A stretch of DNA of 64,000 bases. Source: Octopus vulgaris (taxonomy: Eukaryota). The stretch spans positions 132,060,001 to 132,124,000 of the forward strand of contig OX597814.1 of NCBI GenBank assembly GCA_951406725.2, read 5' to 3'. Each line of letters opens with the position of its first letter. Position 1 is the first letter of the stretch. The notes under the pieces were generated by a model. The model saw nothing but the letters and a program-made list of their open reading frames with translations. It was not told the DNA's origin and ran no database searches. Made by a program: the position numbers and the translations under genes. Positions 38,144 through 51,699 of the stretch are shown piece after piece.

Positions 38144-39046
38144 GTAAGTCAACTTAAATTAATATCAATTATCATATTATCTGTGTATGTGTGTATGTAC
38201 TTCTAAATACATTATTTCTTACATATATTCAGCAAATAAAGGCGGCGATGTAATCGACTTAATCCGTTTGTCTGTCCTTGTTTGTCCCCTCTATGTTTAG
38301 CCCCTTGTGGGTAGTAAAGAAATATATATTCAGCAACTTAAATTTGGTGGTTCAACAAATCAGAAGTCGAAACTTGATATCCAGTTATTTTGATCTCAGA
38401 AAATCTTAATTTAAGTATGAGTATAGAATCGCGCCTCCAATATATATTGCACTGTTGTCCTTAAGAGTAATTATAAATTAATAACAATTTCTTAACATTT
38501 ACGTACATATAAACTTATTTCCAGAAGCTATTGTTGTGAAACACTCGCTCTAAACACAAGTAGTTTCAGATTTAGTCTAGCTGCGTGGCACACTGGGCTG
38601 GTGATTTCTACTGACCCAGGTAAGCTGACATCTGGTGAGCGAACTTAGTAGAGGGAAACTGTGAAGAATCTCGTCATATATATATATATATATATATTGT
38701 TTCTTATTAGGATTTTAATGCTCACTAAAATCATATATGAATAAAAATTCTTGAATGTGTTGTGTATTGTAAGCATATTATTTAATTTATACATCATTTC
38801 ATTATATTTCACCGTTCATAATTTTCAGTGATGTCTAGTAGTAATTGTAAATATATCAAGCATATCAGAAATAAGGTATTAACTATTTTCATTGACATCT
38901 GATTCGATATTCTCTACAACTTTCTGCTTGTAAGAATTCAGTCTTTTGTATAAAATCTAGTTTTTGGGGGGATTAAAGGATGATAAATACATTACAAATA
39001 CATATTTATTTACGCTATTTGAGCTTAATTCTTCTTTCTCTTATAG

Positions 39047-39577
39047 ATGCTCCCCCAGATTGTAATCTTCCCAGCCTTCAATGTCATCTTGTTCGTCGCC
39101 TCGGCGTCAATTCCAAGCCAATGTGAAATACCAACATCTCTGAAAGTTCATTTCGAGAGTCTGCCCAGAGCAGACATGGGTAATAATTTTTTTCTACCAG
39201 TGGAATTTCTTCGAGCCGAAAAGATCTTGACCCCACTAAGCGATGGAAATCAAACTAGTCCAGAATCTAATGATTCTTCCGGTAACATACGTGAAAGTTC
39301 AACCTCTCCTTGGTACCTGAAAACTACCTATAATTCAACACTTTACTTTCCAACACATACTGAAGCTGTGTGTCCTTGCAATAATTGTCAGGACAGTAAC
39401 CACAATCATCATTGTGCTAAAATTTTTTCTAAAATAACTGTCCTCAAACGTACACGTGAATGTGTTGGTGAACTGTGTATATATAAACCAATTGTAATTG
39501 ATGTAGCAACAGCTTGTGTATGTGCACGGAAAGTCAGATTCACAAATAAAGGAAATGAAAAACTATGGGGAAAATGA
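39047..39577 (+). CDS. IL17: IL-17-like gene 2, exon 2 (176 aa, divergent)
   Basis: Acceptor CTTCTTTCTCTTATAG then ATG; hydrophobic signal; GNNFFLP, STSPW, TEAVCPCNNC, VLKR..EC, DVATACVCA. Confidence 0.88.
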   Translation: MLPQIVIFPAFNVILFVASASIPSQCEIPTSLKVHFESLPRADMGNNFFLPVEFLRAEKILTPLSDGNQTSPESNDSSGNIRESSTSPWYLKTTYNSTLYFPTHTEAVCPCNNCQDSNHNHHCAKIFSKITVLKRTRECVGELCIYKPIVIDVATACVCARKVRFTNKGNEKLWGK

Positions 39578-40944
39578 ACAATGCTCAAATGGAGAGTTAT
39601 TCAAGATCGCTTAAGTAGAAGACTATATGCTTAGTATATTTTGTACACATACACACACGCACGCACACACACGCACGCATGTACGCGCACACATACATAC
39701 ATGCATGCATACGTACACACACATTATATATGAATATATAAAATTACCTAATTACATACACGTAACATATATGTACACAAAACACATGTATACATATACG
39801 TGCATATATACATACATGCACACGCATACATACATAGAGGCATACATACATATATACATACATACATACATACATACATATACGTACACTCACTCGTATA
39901 TTATACAATGTTAAACCATTGTTTATAATGATTTCCCTCTCCTTAGATCCGATGCAATAGTAAGTACCAGTGATATACTACGACTGATTCAATCAAATAT
40001 ATTGTACTCGGTTAAATTTTTATCATCGTATCAGTGTATGAAACTATAATTATCCGGTGACTCAAGTTATTTGTCAGAACCACAGTAGGTTTCTTACATC
40101 GAGGTTTCCTACATCGAGCTGATATGTCTGGTTGGTTCGTGTCACAAATCCTTTTTACTCTACTCAACTATATAAAATAAATAAATGCGCCCTTTTAATG
40201 CCTAGCCAGGCTCATGGGCCCGCTTTCCCGGTTTCAATGGCGTATGTATTTCCCAGCTGGACGGGACGCCAGTCCATCGCAGCGTTACTCATTTTTGCCA
40301 GCTGAGTGGACTGGAGCAACATGAAATGATGTGTGTTGCTCAAGAACACAACGCGTCGCCCGGTCCAGGAATCGAAACCACAATCTTACGATCATGGTGC
40401 TAACACCCTAACCACTAAGCCTCCACACTCAACCATATACGCATTCTTAAAATATGTGTTTTCTTCAAGACAAATTTTTTTCTACGTACGCTGGTTTATT
40501 TATGATCTAAACCCCTTTGTACCAACATACCTGTATCCGTCCGTATTTCTCTGATACAAATTTCTATCGAAATTTCATGTTCCAAAGTGCGAAAAATTAT
40601 GATAGCCTTTTCTGAAGATCTTTTCATTATTTTCAGTATTGACACGCAGTCAATCAATTTCCACAGAAATATGCTAACCGAATTGTTAATATGATAACAA
40701 GTTTTAATTCGTGAATATATAGGAGTGTCTTGAACTGCAACAACATAGACTGTATATCCGATTTGGACCACCAAGAGTTGCAGTTAAGTTCTGATCTTTG
40801 TGGATCTTAAAATGTCTTTTGAGTCCTCCGTTACATTGACAGACCTTCTGGCATACATTGCATTGAAAGGTGTGCACCGACATTTAGGCAGAATATTTTT
40901 TTTTATTATACATATCCTTATAAGTATATAAATGTATATTTTTA

Positions 40945-40979
<35 letters not shown>

Positions 40980-42571
40980 TATATGTAAATTTTATTTTAT
41001 TTATATTCTTTAATTACAGATCTTTTACTTCTTATAAAAATATATATACATATATATTTATATATATAAAACACAACGCACGTGCATACAAGCACTCATA
41101 CTTTTTACAATCGTATTCTCATTTTTTATAGCATGTTTATTTATATATATTTTTTATATATTTGAAATTCATATTTTGTTCATGGTAAATATTCACTTCT
41201 ACTTCAATATTTATTTATTTCTTATGTAATATTAATTTTTTTTATTATTTATAACAATTTTGTATAGCCGAATGTCAATTGTAAATATATCTAAATGCAT
41301 TTTATATCTCTATCAGATGCTTTTTATAATTCGTGAAACAAGAAGAGATAGTTATAAATTTGTACTATATTGTAATTTAATTTATCATTAAATGCAGCTT
41401 TCTTTGTAACCAATAAAATACATTATTAAATCAAATCTTATTTCTTTGTATTTTCACTTCAGCATGTTTTTCTTGAACTTGTTATAGTAATCTAAACTGT
41501 ACCCTACTTAACTCGATGATTCGATTTAGTAATGGGCTACCAGATGTCTGAATGAATCCTTTTAACTCGTTTTATATATTTATATCATTAAGATTTTAAA
41601 ATTTGTTTACATTGTTGGTGTAATAAATACATACATTTGGAAATTTTACCTCTCCTGTCCTAGAAACCTGTCCAAACGAAGTTAACCATCATCTGATAAC
41701 CGCAAAAATTATATTTATGTATAATCGTTTGTAGCGATTCTAAATATGTCGACACCTTGTTTAGGTGTGATATGATTTCACAAGGAGTAATTCACCGGTA
41801 GAGATGAAAAAAAAATAATGGCGAGGAACAACGAAATCGATGAGTGTATGTAACCAAATAGATTTTAAGTATCCATTAACATAGGTTTAAAATATTTGCA
41901 CATGTTCAGCAATGTCGGTATTAAATCGACCCCAGTGCTCAACGGGTACTTAACTTATCGATCCCAAAATGATGGAAGGCAAAGTTGACGCCTGTGGTAT
42001 TTGAACTCAGAAAGTAAAGACGACGAAATGTCACTAAGTATCTTTCCCAGCGTGCTAATGACTCTGCCAGCTCACCATTCTAAATTTCAATCATTGACAC
42101 AGCTAGTAACATCGGGGGTAGGAGCTAAATCGATTAGATCGACCCCAGTGCTCAACCAGTATTTATTTAATCGACACCAAAAGGATGGAAGGCATTTTGG
42201 GGTTCATGAACTTTCAGTTGGCTGGTTTACCTAATCCGCGTACGTTGTCACGCCTGATAATTTAGTTCTCTCTATGGCACTATGATTCTCTATACAGGAA
42301 ATTAGTTTAATTAAAATAAAGAATAGAGAATATCATTTTTTAAATTATTATTTACGCAGTCATTTAATTTCCTATATTTTTCGTCTACGTGACGTTTCCA
42401 CCGCTATCAGGGCGCACCTTATAATACATTATGATGCTACAATCAATCAAGGGCTTCTTCGGGATATTTTGACCGTAGGCATCAAATATAAGAAGTTAAA
42501 TGACTGCATACATTATAGTAAAAAATTGGATATTCTCTATTGTGTTTTCCTTAAACTGATACATTATTGTA

Positions 42572-42685
<114 letters not shown>

Positions 42686-42911
42686 TGCGTGTGTGTAATG
42701 AATACATGTATATATAATTTAGAGAAAAAAATTTTTTTAATCAATAAAGTACAATAAATAGTAAATAGTAGTATTTACTATATACTAGTTATTGTACTTT
42801 ATTGATTTTTAGAATAAGATTTTTTATAGTATGTTTTATATATGGTGTGAATAACATCTTTCTTTATTGAATTGTTTAATAGAGGTTTTCCTCTAAACTA
42901 TATACATGTAT

Positions 42912-42950
<39 letters not shown>

Positions 42951-42980
42951 TGATACAAGTATTTGGTGTAGCAATTACAC

Positions 42981-43073
42981 GCGGCTGAAGAAGGCTTTTG
43001 AACTATTTGTTATGTCGATTATGCATTGATGTAAGAATAAGTTGTTCTATAAAGCCCGAAACATATGTACCGC
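42981..43073 (+). ncRNA. Minimal type-I hammerhead ribozyme
   Basis: GCGG-CTGAAGA-A-GGCTTT..(extended hairpin)..AAAGCC-C-GAAA-C-ATAT-G-TA-CCGC. Confidence 0.8.
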
Positions 43074-43113
43074 AACATCCTTTGTGTCCTGTTTTTTATT
43101 TATTTCATTTGAT

Positions 43114-43145
<32 letters not shown>

Positions 43146-43309
43146 TTGCGACGGGCTTCTTTCATTTCCTGTCTACCAAATCCACTCACGACGCATTAGT
43201 CCGCCCAAGGCTATAGTAGAAGACACTAGCCCAAGTTGCCACGCAGTGGGACTGAACCCAGAACCATGTAGTTGGGAAGCACGTTTCTCACCATACAGCC
43301 ACGCCTGCG

Positions 43310-43370
<61 letters not shown>

Positions 43371-43476
43371 ATTCAAATATGATTTAGAATCAGTTAGAGG
43401 TATATGACCAAAATCGAACACTTATACACAAGATGTGTGTGTGTGTTGTTAGTTCGTAGGTTTGTATTTCGTTTTA

Positions 43477-43711
43477 GGTGTTAAAAACACCTGAAAGTAA
43501 GTCATAGGTAGGTCCCTTTTCCGGAGCAACATACATCGATGCGTATACGATTTTGCTTATATACTTCGAACATTAAACAATATACAGTTAGGCGATTTGA
43601 GAATATATTCTCTAATCGCCTAACTGTATACGCAAAATCGTATACGCATCGATGTATGTTGCTCCGGAAAAGGGACCTACCTATGACTTACTTTCAGGTG
43701 TTTTTAACACC
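43477..43711. repeat. Near-perfect 235-bp palindrome
   Basis: GGTGTTAAAAACACCTGAAAGTAAGTCATAGGTAGGTCCCTTTTCCGGAGC... is mirrored; central hairpin TATACAGTTAGGCGATT..AATCGCCTAACTGTATA. Confidence 0.9.
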
Positions 43712-43770
43712 AGGCACATTCAGCTCTATTTATACAGCTGATGAAGAATATGTTGTCTTTTAGTGAACAA

Positions 43771-44578
43771 CTAGCAGCATAGCCCGGCGTTGCCCGGGTA
43801 TGTAAGAAACTTTGTCGATAAGCAATGTCCTTTACCTTTTTACCCTTTTTTGTACTCATTGAACCATTATTTTGTAAAATGAAGCCTAAAAGGCATTAAG
43901 GCATTCAAGGCACCGTTTCCTTGCATGCATGAAGAAAATCTATGACAGTCAAAGTGCATTTTCTCGTTTTGCTTAGCACACCCAATCCAGTTCTTAAAAT
44001 ATCGCAGAAAAATCGGTTTGCTATGTGTGCCACATATGATGTAATAAACCGATTTTTTCCAGTAATGACGTATCCTATTGGAATTAAAAGGGCCATATAG
44101 CTCCTTGGAGCAGACATGATGCTCGCTGTGAATTTCAAAAAAAATTCCTGCCAATTTGTTAAATTTATTGTCGAAAATATGTCATCTTGAATTTGAACGC
44201 GATTTCCCAAAATGGCAGGATTTTATCGATTTTTTCTGATGGTAAGGTATTGCATGGAAAACTAACGTCAGAATTAAGTTTCTTAGGGTAACATTAAGTT
44301 TCCCCATCAGTTTGGTGAAAATCGATTGCAAGTTGCGAAAACTACAACGGAAAATGTGTTGCATAGGATAAGCTTAGATTCTCGACCCCATGTCGAATTT
44401 ATCAATTTTTTCAGAACTGGGGGAACTTTTCAAAATTTTCGATGAGTTAGTTTTGAATTATGACATTGGGCTATGTGTGTGTCAAGTTTCATCAGAATCG
44501 GTTCAAATGGGTAGTCAGGGTGAGAGTACAACCTGATAGACACACAGACAGACAAACTGTCTTTTATGTATACAGAGA
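43771..44578 (-). mobile_element. Non-autonomous Helitron
   Basis: Minus strand 5'-TC...CTAG-3', subterminal hairpin CCCGGGCAACGCCGGG, inserted between A and T with no TSD. Empty site at 26130/26131 in copy 1. Confidence 0.9.
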
Positions 44579-46977
44579 TTACTGCACACTTCTGGCAACA
44601 GTAACACTTGTGTATGAAATTCGAAAATGGCGATTGATGAAAGTTAAAAATTTATCAATAAATACGTGATTCGCTTTTCATGCAGGCACTGTGTTGTCTT
44701 CGAGCATGGTTGTTGTTTTCCTTTACATGATATTTATAGATCTTCTTACGACCCTTTCTAATGATTCTTTATATCTTTGTTGTAAAGGTAACACAGATGT
44801 ACCAGAAAAGACCTGAACATCTTCACATTCACGAAAACCTCCTGCAAAAAAATAAGAAAGAAAATTTTCTTCTTTGAAACATAGAAGTGCAAATGAAGAG
44901 CAAAAATTCATCCTCTAATTATTTCCGACGGGAAGGAGTGTGGACAATATTTTACCAATGCAAACTGCGATCGTTTTTCAGTGTGATATATATTCCTAAT
45001 AACTACACAGGTATTCTAAATATACTAGACAACAGTTACAGGACTGCATGGATATTCTACATATTGGAAAGTAAATAAAATTATTTTAAAAATACAAACT
45101 GACAGAACTAGCAACAGCATCTAGGCTTTCTCCCAGTGAGATAAAGAGCCTAGCAGTGCATAATTATCTTGACTTGTGAAAGAAAATAAATAATGCTAGA
45201 TGGTCCCGGTGTGCTCAAGATAAACTCCGGTGTTCTCTCATTAAGCACCCCCTCCAATGTTCTCTCAAAATGGTCCAATGTTTACTCATTAAATATTCTC
45301 CAGGCACTTTTCGTTAAATGACTTCGCCCCCCGGTGATCTCGTGTTAAACTTTCCCGCGGTGAACTCCAGTTAAACGTTCTTTGGTGTCATTTTTATTAT
45401 TTATGGTTCAGGAGGTATAATGAGTGTTTCTTTCCTTAAAACACCGTGGAGGACATGACCAAGAATTTTCAAGCTCAACAGATGATGAAAAAAATACATA
45501 ATATGAACAAAAATGTCTCAGATTAGCATGGGATGTATGCAGTTCTAAAGGTTTTGTTGGAACAAAAATGCTGTAAATTTAAAGCATCATATATCCAAGC
45601 GATCTAACAATAGGCAGACCTTAAAAAAACAACAGAAATGGAGGCTTAAGAAATTCGACAAAATGTGTGAATAAAATCTGTACCCCACTGAAAACATAAT
45701 GGGTTTCAGAGTAATGTTACCGACTAACGAGTGCAATATACACGTTTATCAGAACGTATTTCAAAATTCTAGGTAAAATATTTTCGAAAGACTCTCTCAA
45801 ACCTGCGAATGACAGAGTATGATTGTCGAAGTGCTACAATGAGTTTATTAACAGACGAAAGAAAGTTAATATGAGAGCACACAAAGACTTTACTAAGCCA
45901 CTCAAATTAGTGAATGCTAACAGGTACCGTTAGGTGCTTCAGAACTCAGTAGTTGACGATGCACATAATATTTTGTCTATATTGGAGAATATTTTCATAT
46001 CTCCATTACTGAAGTTATTCAATGTTTGACATAAAGTATATAGTGGCTAAGGCCATGGTGGTGATGATTAAAAGTAGTGAATGATGGCATCATTGTCGGT
46101 GGAGTATATATGGTTAGTTAGAAGTTCTTTAGTGCACAGCAAGTAATGCGATTTGAAATGTTATCACATAAATACCACAAGACAGAGGCACGGGTGTCAA
46201 CTTAGAAACGTGATGTCTCCTCCTATCTCTGCTGCTGGTATTCTAACTTAAAAAGTAGGACCGTTTCCTCTTTGCTAGGAGCTCTCCGGTTTAGTAACAG
46301 CTACACACAAACATTTACATCTGAGTGATCTCATCCACTAGACACCACAATAATTGCTATACTGGCAGAATCGGTAGCACGCTAAGCAATATGCCTGGCG
46401 GCATTTCGTCCATCTCTACGTTCTGAGCTCAAATGCCGCCGGGATCGACTTTCATCCTTTCGGGGTCGATAAAATAAGTGCCAGTTGAGTACTGGGCTCG
46501 ATCTTATCAACTTAGCCGCTCCTCTCAAGTTACTTGACCTTTGCCAAAATTTAAAACCAATAATTACAACGGCCGTACTCAGTATATTTCTTCGTTGAAC
46601 ATCGGTACTCACAACTCTCTCACAGCATATCTTTTCCCGGCAGTTGACTAGAAATGCTAACTGCATCAGTCGCAAGAGGAACTCTTCCTGTATAATAATC
46701 GCCAGTCTTGGGACGCCTGTGAAGTTTATGGCACGCATATAAACCGTAGCAACTGTGACCCGTACTGTATCCATTATTTGTGGATATAACGTCGTTGAAA
46801 CAAATAAACAAATTATAATAGATATTTCTTGCTTACTTTAGGTCCTCCCACTTTGTACAACTCGAAACAGTCTTCTCACTTGTTAGTTCCATCTGTTACA
46901 ACAATCAATTAATTTATTCGCTTTACATTGTTTCATGTCATGTCGCATTTCCTCTGCCTCTACTGGTTTTCAAGACT

Positions 46978-46984
46978 TATATAA
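46978..46984 (+). promoter_or_regulatory. TATA box of IL-17-like gene 3
   Basis: TATATAA, paralogous to 29732. Confidence 0.6.
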
Positions 46985-47113
46985 GTAAATCTAGGACAGC
47001 TGATAACATTTGAAAAGGGTATCACTTTGAGGAACGAACCCCCTCGGGTTTCATTCGTAAAATATCGTATTGCTTTCCTCGATTTTTCAATTTCCAACTG
47101 AACAATCTGTATA

Positions 47114-47128
47114 ATGAAGAAACTAGCA
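47114..47128 (+). CDS. IL17: IL-17-like gene 3, coding exon 1 (MKKLA)
   Basis: ATG AAG AAA CTA GCA|GTAAGT. Confidence 0.8.
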
Positions 47129-47176
47129 GTAAGTAAACTTAAGCTAATTACCTCATCTTATGCATTTCAGAATATG

Positions 47177-47208
<32 letters not shown>

Positions 47209-47230
47209 CATACATACATACATACATACA

Positions 47231-47265
<35 letters not shown>

Positions 47266-49049
47266 GTCGTACGTACTGTGTCATACGTACTCAAGCGTTC
47301 TCATCAGATGCTTCCTCGACGTCATTCTGTCTAATTTCATACAGACGTACGGAGTATTCTTTTAAACCCTGTTTTAAAACACTATAGCCCACTCGAATAG
47401 AGAGTCGTTGCCTACGTTGCCTGCTGTATCCCACGGTTGCAGGCGTGGCTGTGCAGTAAGAAGCTATCTCCTCAGCCACATAGTTCCAGGTTCAGACGGA
47501 AACTGAAAGAAGCTCGTAGTGTATAAATATGTACAATATCTATGTGTGTATCTTTGTGTCTGTGTTCGTCCCCACCATCGCTTGATAATCGGCGTAGTTG
47601 TGTTTATGTTCCCATAACTTAGCGGTTCAACATGCGAGTCCGATAGAATAAGTACGAGGCTAAAAATTACTGTCCTGGCGTCGATTTGTTCGACAAGTAC
47701 TGCTCAGATGGGTGCCTCAGTATGGCTGAACATGTAAAAGATAAATAAAAAAAATGCAAGTTGATGTTTAGAATCCTTTAGGATACTAGCAAATATTGTG
47801 TCAGGGCCTGCTGCTAAATCGAATTTAATTTAATTAATTATCGCAGTGATTTCAGTAGTGCTGAGCGTTATATCTGGGGGGATTTGTTAGGATTTACATA
47901 ATCAATATGGCCTACTTAGATCTCACCGAAATCACTTTAGATCAACCAGTATTGCTTCTGTAAAACTTCCAAAGATTGAGAAAAGAACCTTTTTAGAAAG
48001 TCGAAAGACACTAATCTTTGGGAAGAGCTTTCACAAAATATATGCAGGCTTTGCTTTTATAAATGTGCAAGCGCTTTCCGTTCTTAACGTTTCCAAGCAC
48101 TTCTAAAAAATGTTCTTTTCTTAATCTTAACTCTCTGAGAAAAACATCCTCTCTCCAAATATTATAACTGTATCAAGGAATTTTCAAAACACGCTAAATA
48201 TACATGTTTATATATATATATATATATATACACCTGACAAATCACATAAATGTGAAACGAGGTGGGAACAATCAGTACCCGAATAACAGAGGTCGAGTGA
48301 TATGGTTTATTATTAAAACTGCAAAAACGGCATTGTTATATTTTGTGATGTTATTGCAGATTTTTATAACACACGCACACACACACACACACACGCACAC
48401 TTATACACACACACATAACAAATTTAGTCCCTCCTAGTGAATGTAGTTAGTAGACTGAATCACACCCACTTACACACAGACACACATGCACACATGCACA
48501 CATACGTATACATATGTATACAAGTATACATGTTATGTATGCGTGCGCGCATATACTTGTCTTTGGGTTTATGTTTCTCTCCTACCTCCGGTTGACGACG
48601 GGTGTTACTTTGTTTTAGCTTGGTAACTTAGCAGTTCAACAAAATAAACTTACAAAATAAGTACCAGACTTAAACAAAATAAGTGAAAGTTGATTTGTTC
48701 GACTATAGCCCCCAAAGAGGGCTCAGTCCAATGATTGAAACAAGTGAAAGATAAGAGATAATAAAAATCGGTTTCGTTTTCCCTTTCTACTTAGAACATA
48801 TCCCGACTGCTTTACTAATGGACTCATAAAATATATTTTAAATATATATTTGTGACATATCGTTTTTCTTTCTGAACTATTTAACTTACCATTGATCATT
48901 CATTGCATCCTCAGAGGCAAGTCTCTGTAATGTAGACTCTCATAAAATGACTTATGTTTATAAACAACACATTCTTGTTAAGTCTTTTATTTTTCCTTTA
49001 TCATGATATGGTGTGATATATTTCCTTATCATATGTATCTTTCGCACAG

Positions 49050-49589
49050 ATTGCTGCCCAGATTGTAATTCTCCTTTTCAACTACAACTTTGATGTATCT
49101 GCAAAAAAAATGGTATGTAAAAAACGCGATGACTCGAAAGTGTCATATGAACGTCTGTTTGTGAAATCCATTGGCCACAATTTCTTTGTACCGCCTTCGA
49201 TGGTTCCCAAAGATTTCTGCGATCCACCTATTAATGCTGGAATAAAAACCTGCTCGCAATTTCTCCGTTCTAACAAAATATCCAGCCAAAGATCAGCTTG
49301 TCCTTGGTACACGACCATTATTCACGATCCGACAGTTTTCCCTTCCCGTCGAACTGAAGCAGTGTGCCGCTGTGATGTCTGCATGGACTTCTCCCTTAAT
49401 GCCAAATGTGTGACTGTGTTCGCTAAAATGACTTTCCTCAAACGTTCAGATGAATGTATTGATGGACTGTATTTGTATACCCCATTGGTGATAAACGTGG
49501 CCGTTGCTTGCGCGTGCGCGACGAAAAACGACCAGGATGATAATTCTTCGATATATGATTATGGTTATGATACTGATTATTATATCTGA
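49050..49589 (+). CDS. IL17: IL-17-like gene 3, exon 2 (spliced product ~184 aa)
   Basis: Acceptor TTCGCACAG; RSACPW, EAVCRCDVC, VAVACACA; recent paralog of gene 1. Confidence 0.92.
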   Translation: MAAQIVILLFNYNFDVSAKKMVCKKRDDSKVSYERLFVKSIGHNFFVPPSMVPKDFCDPPINAGIKTCSQFLRSNKISSQRSACPWYTTIIHDPTVFPSRRTEAVCRCDVCMDFSLNAKCVTVFAKMTFLKRSDECIDGLYLYTPLVINVAVACACATKNDQDDNSSIYDYGYDTDYYI

Positions 49590-50021
49590 ACAAACGGTAT
49601 AACGGCTATACTAAGCTGCGTATAATGCGAAGTTTGTTTATCTGATTACAGAGACAGAACGACACACACACACGTAACTATAATGTATTTGAAACATTTT
49701 TGACACGTATCAGAAATTATTCTTTTATCACTTCTTCAATGCATGCAAATTGATTTTTAAAACATATTGTCGATATTTTTGCCGTTAGCACGTATCATAA
49801 GATAAATAGTATTCGATAAGAAAAAATAATAATAAAGACAAAAGCCACCATAATTGTTTTGCTCTTGAACACAAATATATTCTCCTTTTCAAAATTGATT
49901 TCGTCTAGTGCAATGGCAGTTGTTTATTACAAATGTAATTTTTTTTTTCGAGCAAACTTGCGCTGAAAACTCGGTGATAACAGCTCGCAGCAAAAGCAGT
50001 TATATAGAATTCAATAAACTA

Positions 50022-50570
50022 TTGGCTTGTCTGGAAAGTTTGTGCCGATTTTTAAAGGAAAGAAAAAGGTCAATAAATACTTGCCTTTACATTTTTAATC
50101 AACCAAATATGAATCATTTTGTTGCACAATGCGTCTCCATCTTTCCTTAACTTTGAAATACCCTCTGCAGAGAACTGAGGTGGTTTCATGGCAAAGAATT
50201 CATCAAGGTATCTTTTTACGTCATCCAAGGAATTGAAATTTCTGCCATTAACACTGTTCTGCAGAGACCTGAATAAATGGAAATCCGAAGGTGCAATATG
50301 GAGGGTGGGATAACACATCTCAGCCGAGGTGCAGCAATTTTTGTCTGGTTCCCAAAGCATCAAGTGCCGAAAATGCACTTTCTTATCTTTTAAAGGGTTA
50401 CAGAATTAACACAGGTTATTGGAACATATATCTTCTTTCACGAAAAGATAGCTTAAACTGTGATCTAAATAGAGGTGTAGTCAAATCCTATTTTATGGAC
50501 TCAACCATGTTCTAAAATAAGTCGAAAGGTAAGCTATTATAAATTGGCACGAACTTTCCGGACAACCCAA
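50022..50570 (-). mobile_element. Internally deleted mariner (duplicate of 32752-33311)
   Basis: Same TIRs and same position relative to the gene. Confidence 0.85.
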
Positions 50571-51479
50571 TACACTATTTGCCGACAGTTTACTTCATTG
50601 GTGCAAGTGATCAATATTTAAAACCTGAAGGTTACCCAGAAAATCGTTATTCTAAAAATTTTTTTTTTAGAAACTATATTATTTTCTTCGTTTCTTTAGT
50701 TTGCTGAAATTACAGGATTAATTGCATTTCAGAGGTACAGCTTTAAATGTTTAATTAGTGGTATGGACCCAAGTGATCTAAGTGCTATTTTTCTTAATTT
50801 AAACCTATCCGTCGAACCGCTTGCGATGATAGCTTTTAGTGTCACTGAAAGACTTGCGTCATTACATTCACTCATGCAGTAATTCTACAAGGCATATTGA
50901 ATAAATTGCGGCAAGAAAACTATATGGAGCGAATATGTCAAGATACCAATTTACATAAATATATATATCAACAATAATAATAATGAAAAGGATTATTACG
51001 AAGTGCCATAGCATTACCTTTAATTGTTTTTATATATAAATAGCTTTGCACAGACCTACAGGTTTCAACAACACCGATTAGTAAACGTTGCAATTGCTAG
51101 CGTGTGTGGAACTGGCGCAGTTTCTTCGAGGATCTTTACTCTCATATCCTTCGATTTAACCGTTTGAAGTTTTTCATTCATCTACTTTGCGTTGTACAAT
51201 ATAGAGTTACTCGTTGAATTAGACGCGAGCTATCTTCGTTTCAAGTTTTTATTGGACAATTACTTTTATTCTTTTACTTGTTTCAGTCATTTAACTGCGG
51301 CTATGCTGGAGCATCGACTTTAGTCAAGCAAATCAACCCCAGGACTTATTCTTCGTAAGTCTAGTACTTATTCTATCGGTCTCTTTTGCCGAACCCCTAA
51401 GTTACGGGGACATAAAAACACCAGCATCTGTTGTCAAGCGATGTTGGGGGGGGGGACGAACACAGACACACAAACAAAT

Positions 51480-51510
<31 letters not shown>

Positions 51511-51699
51511 CATATACATAAATACGACGGGATTCTTTCAGTTTCCGTCTACGAAATCCACTCACAAGGCTTTGGTCGACCGGAGGCTATAGTAGAAGAC
51601 ACTCGCCCAAGGTGCGATGCAGTGGGTCTGAACCCGGAACCATGTGGTTGGTAACATTATTTCAAAACAATTTGTTGTTTAAATGTTTATTATTAATTT

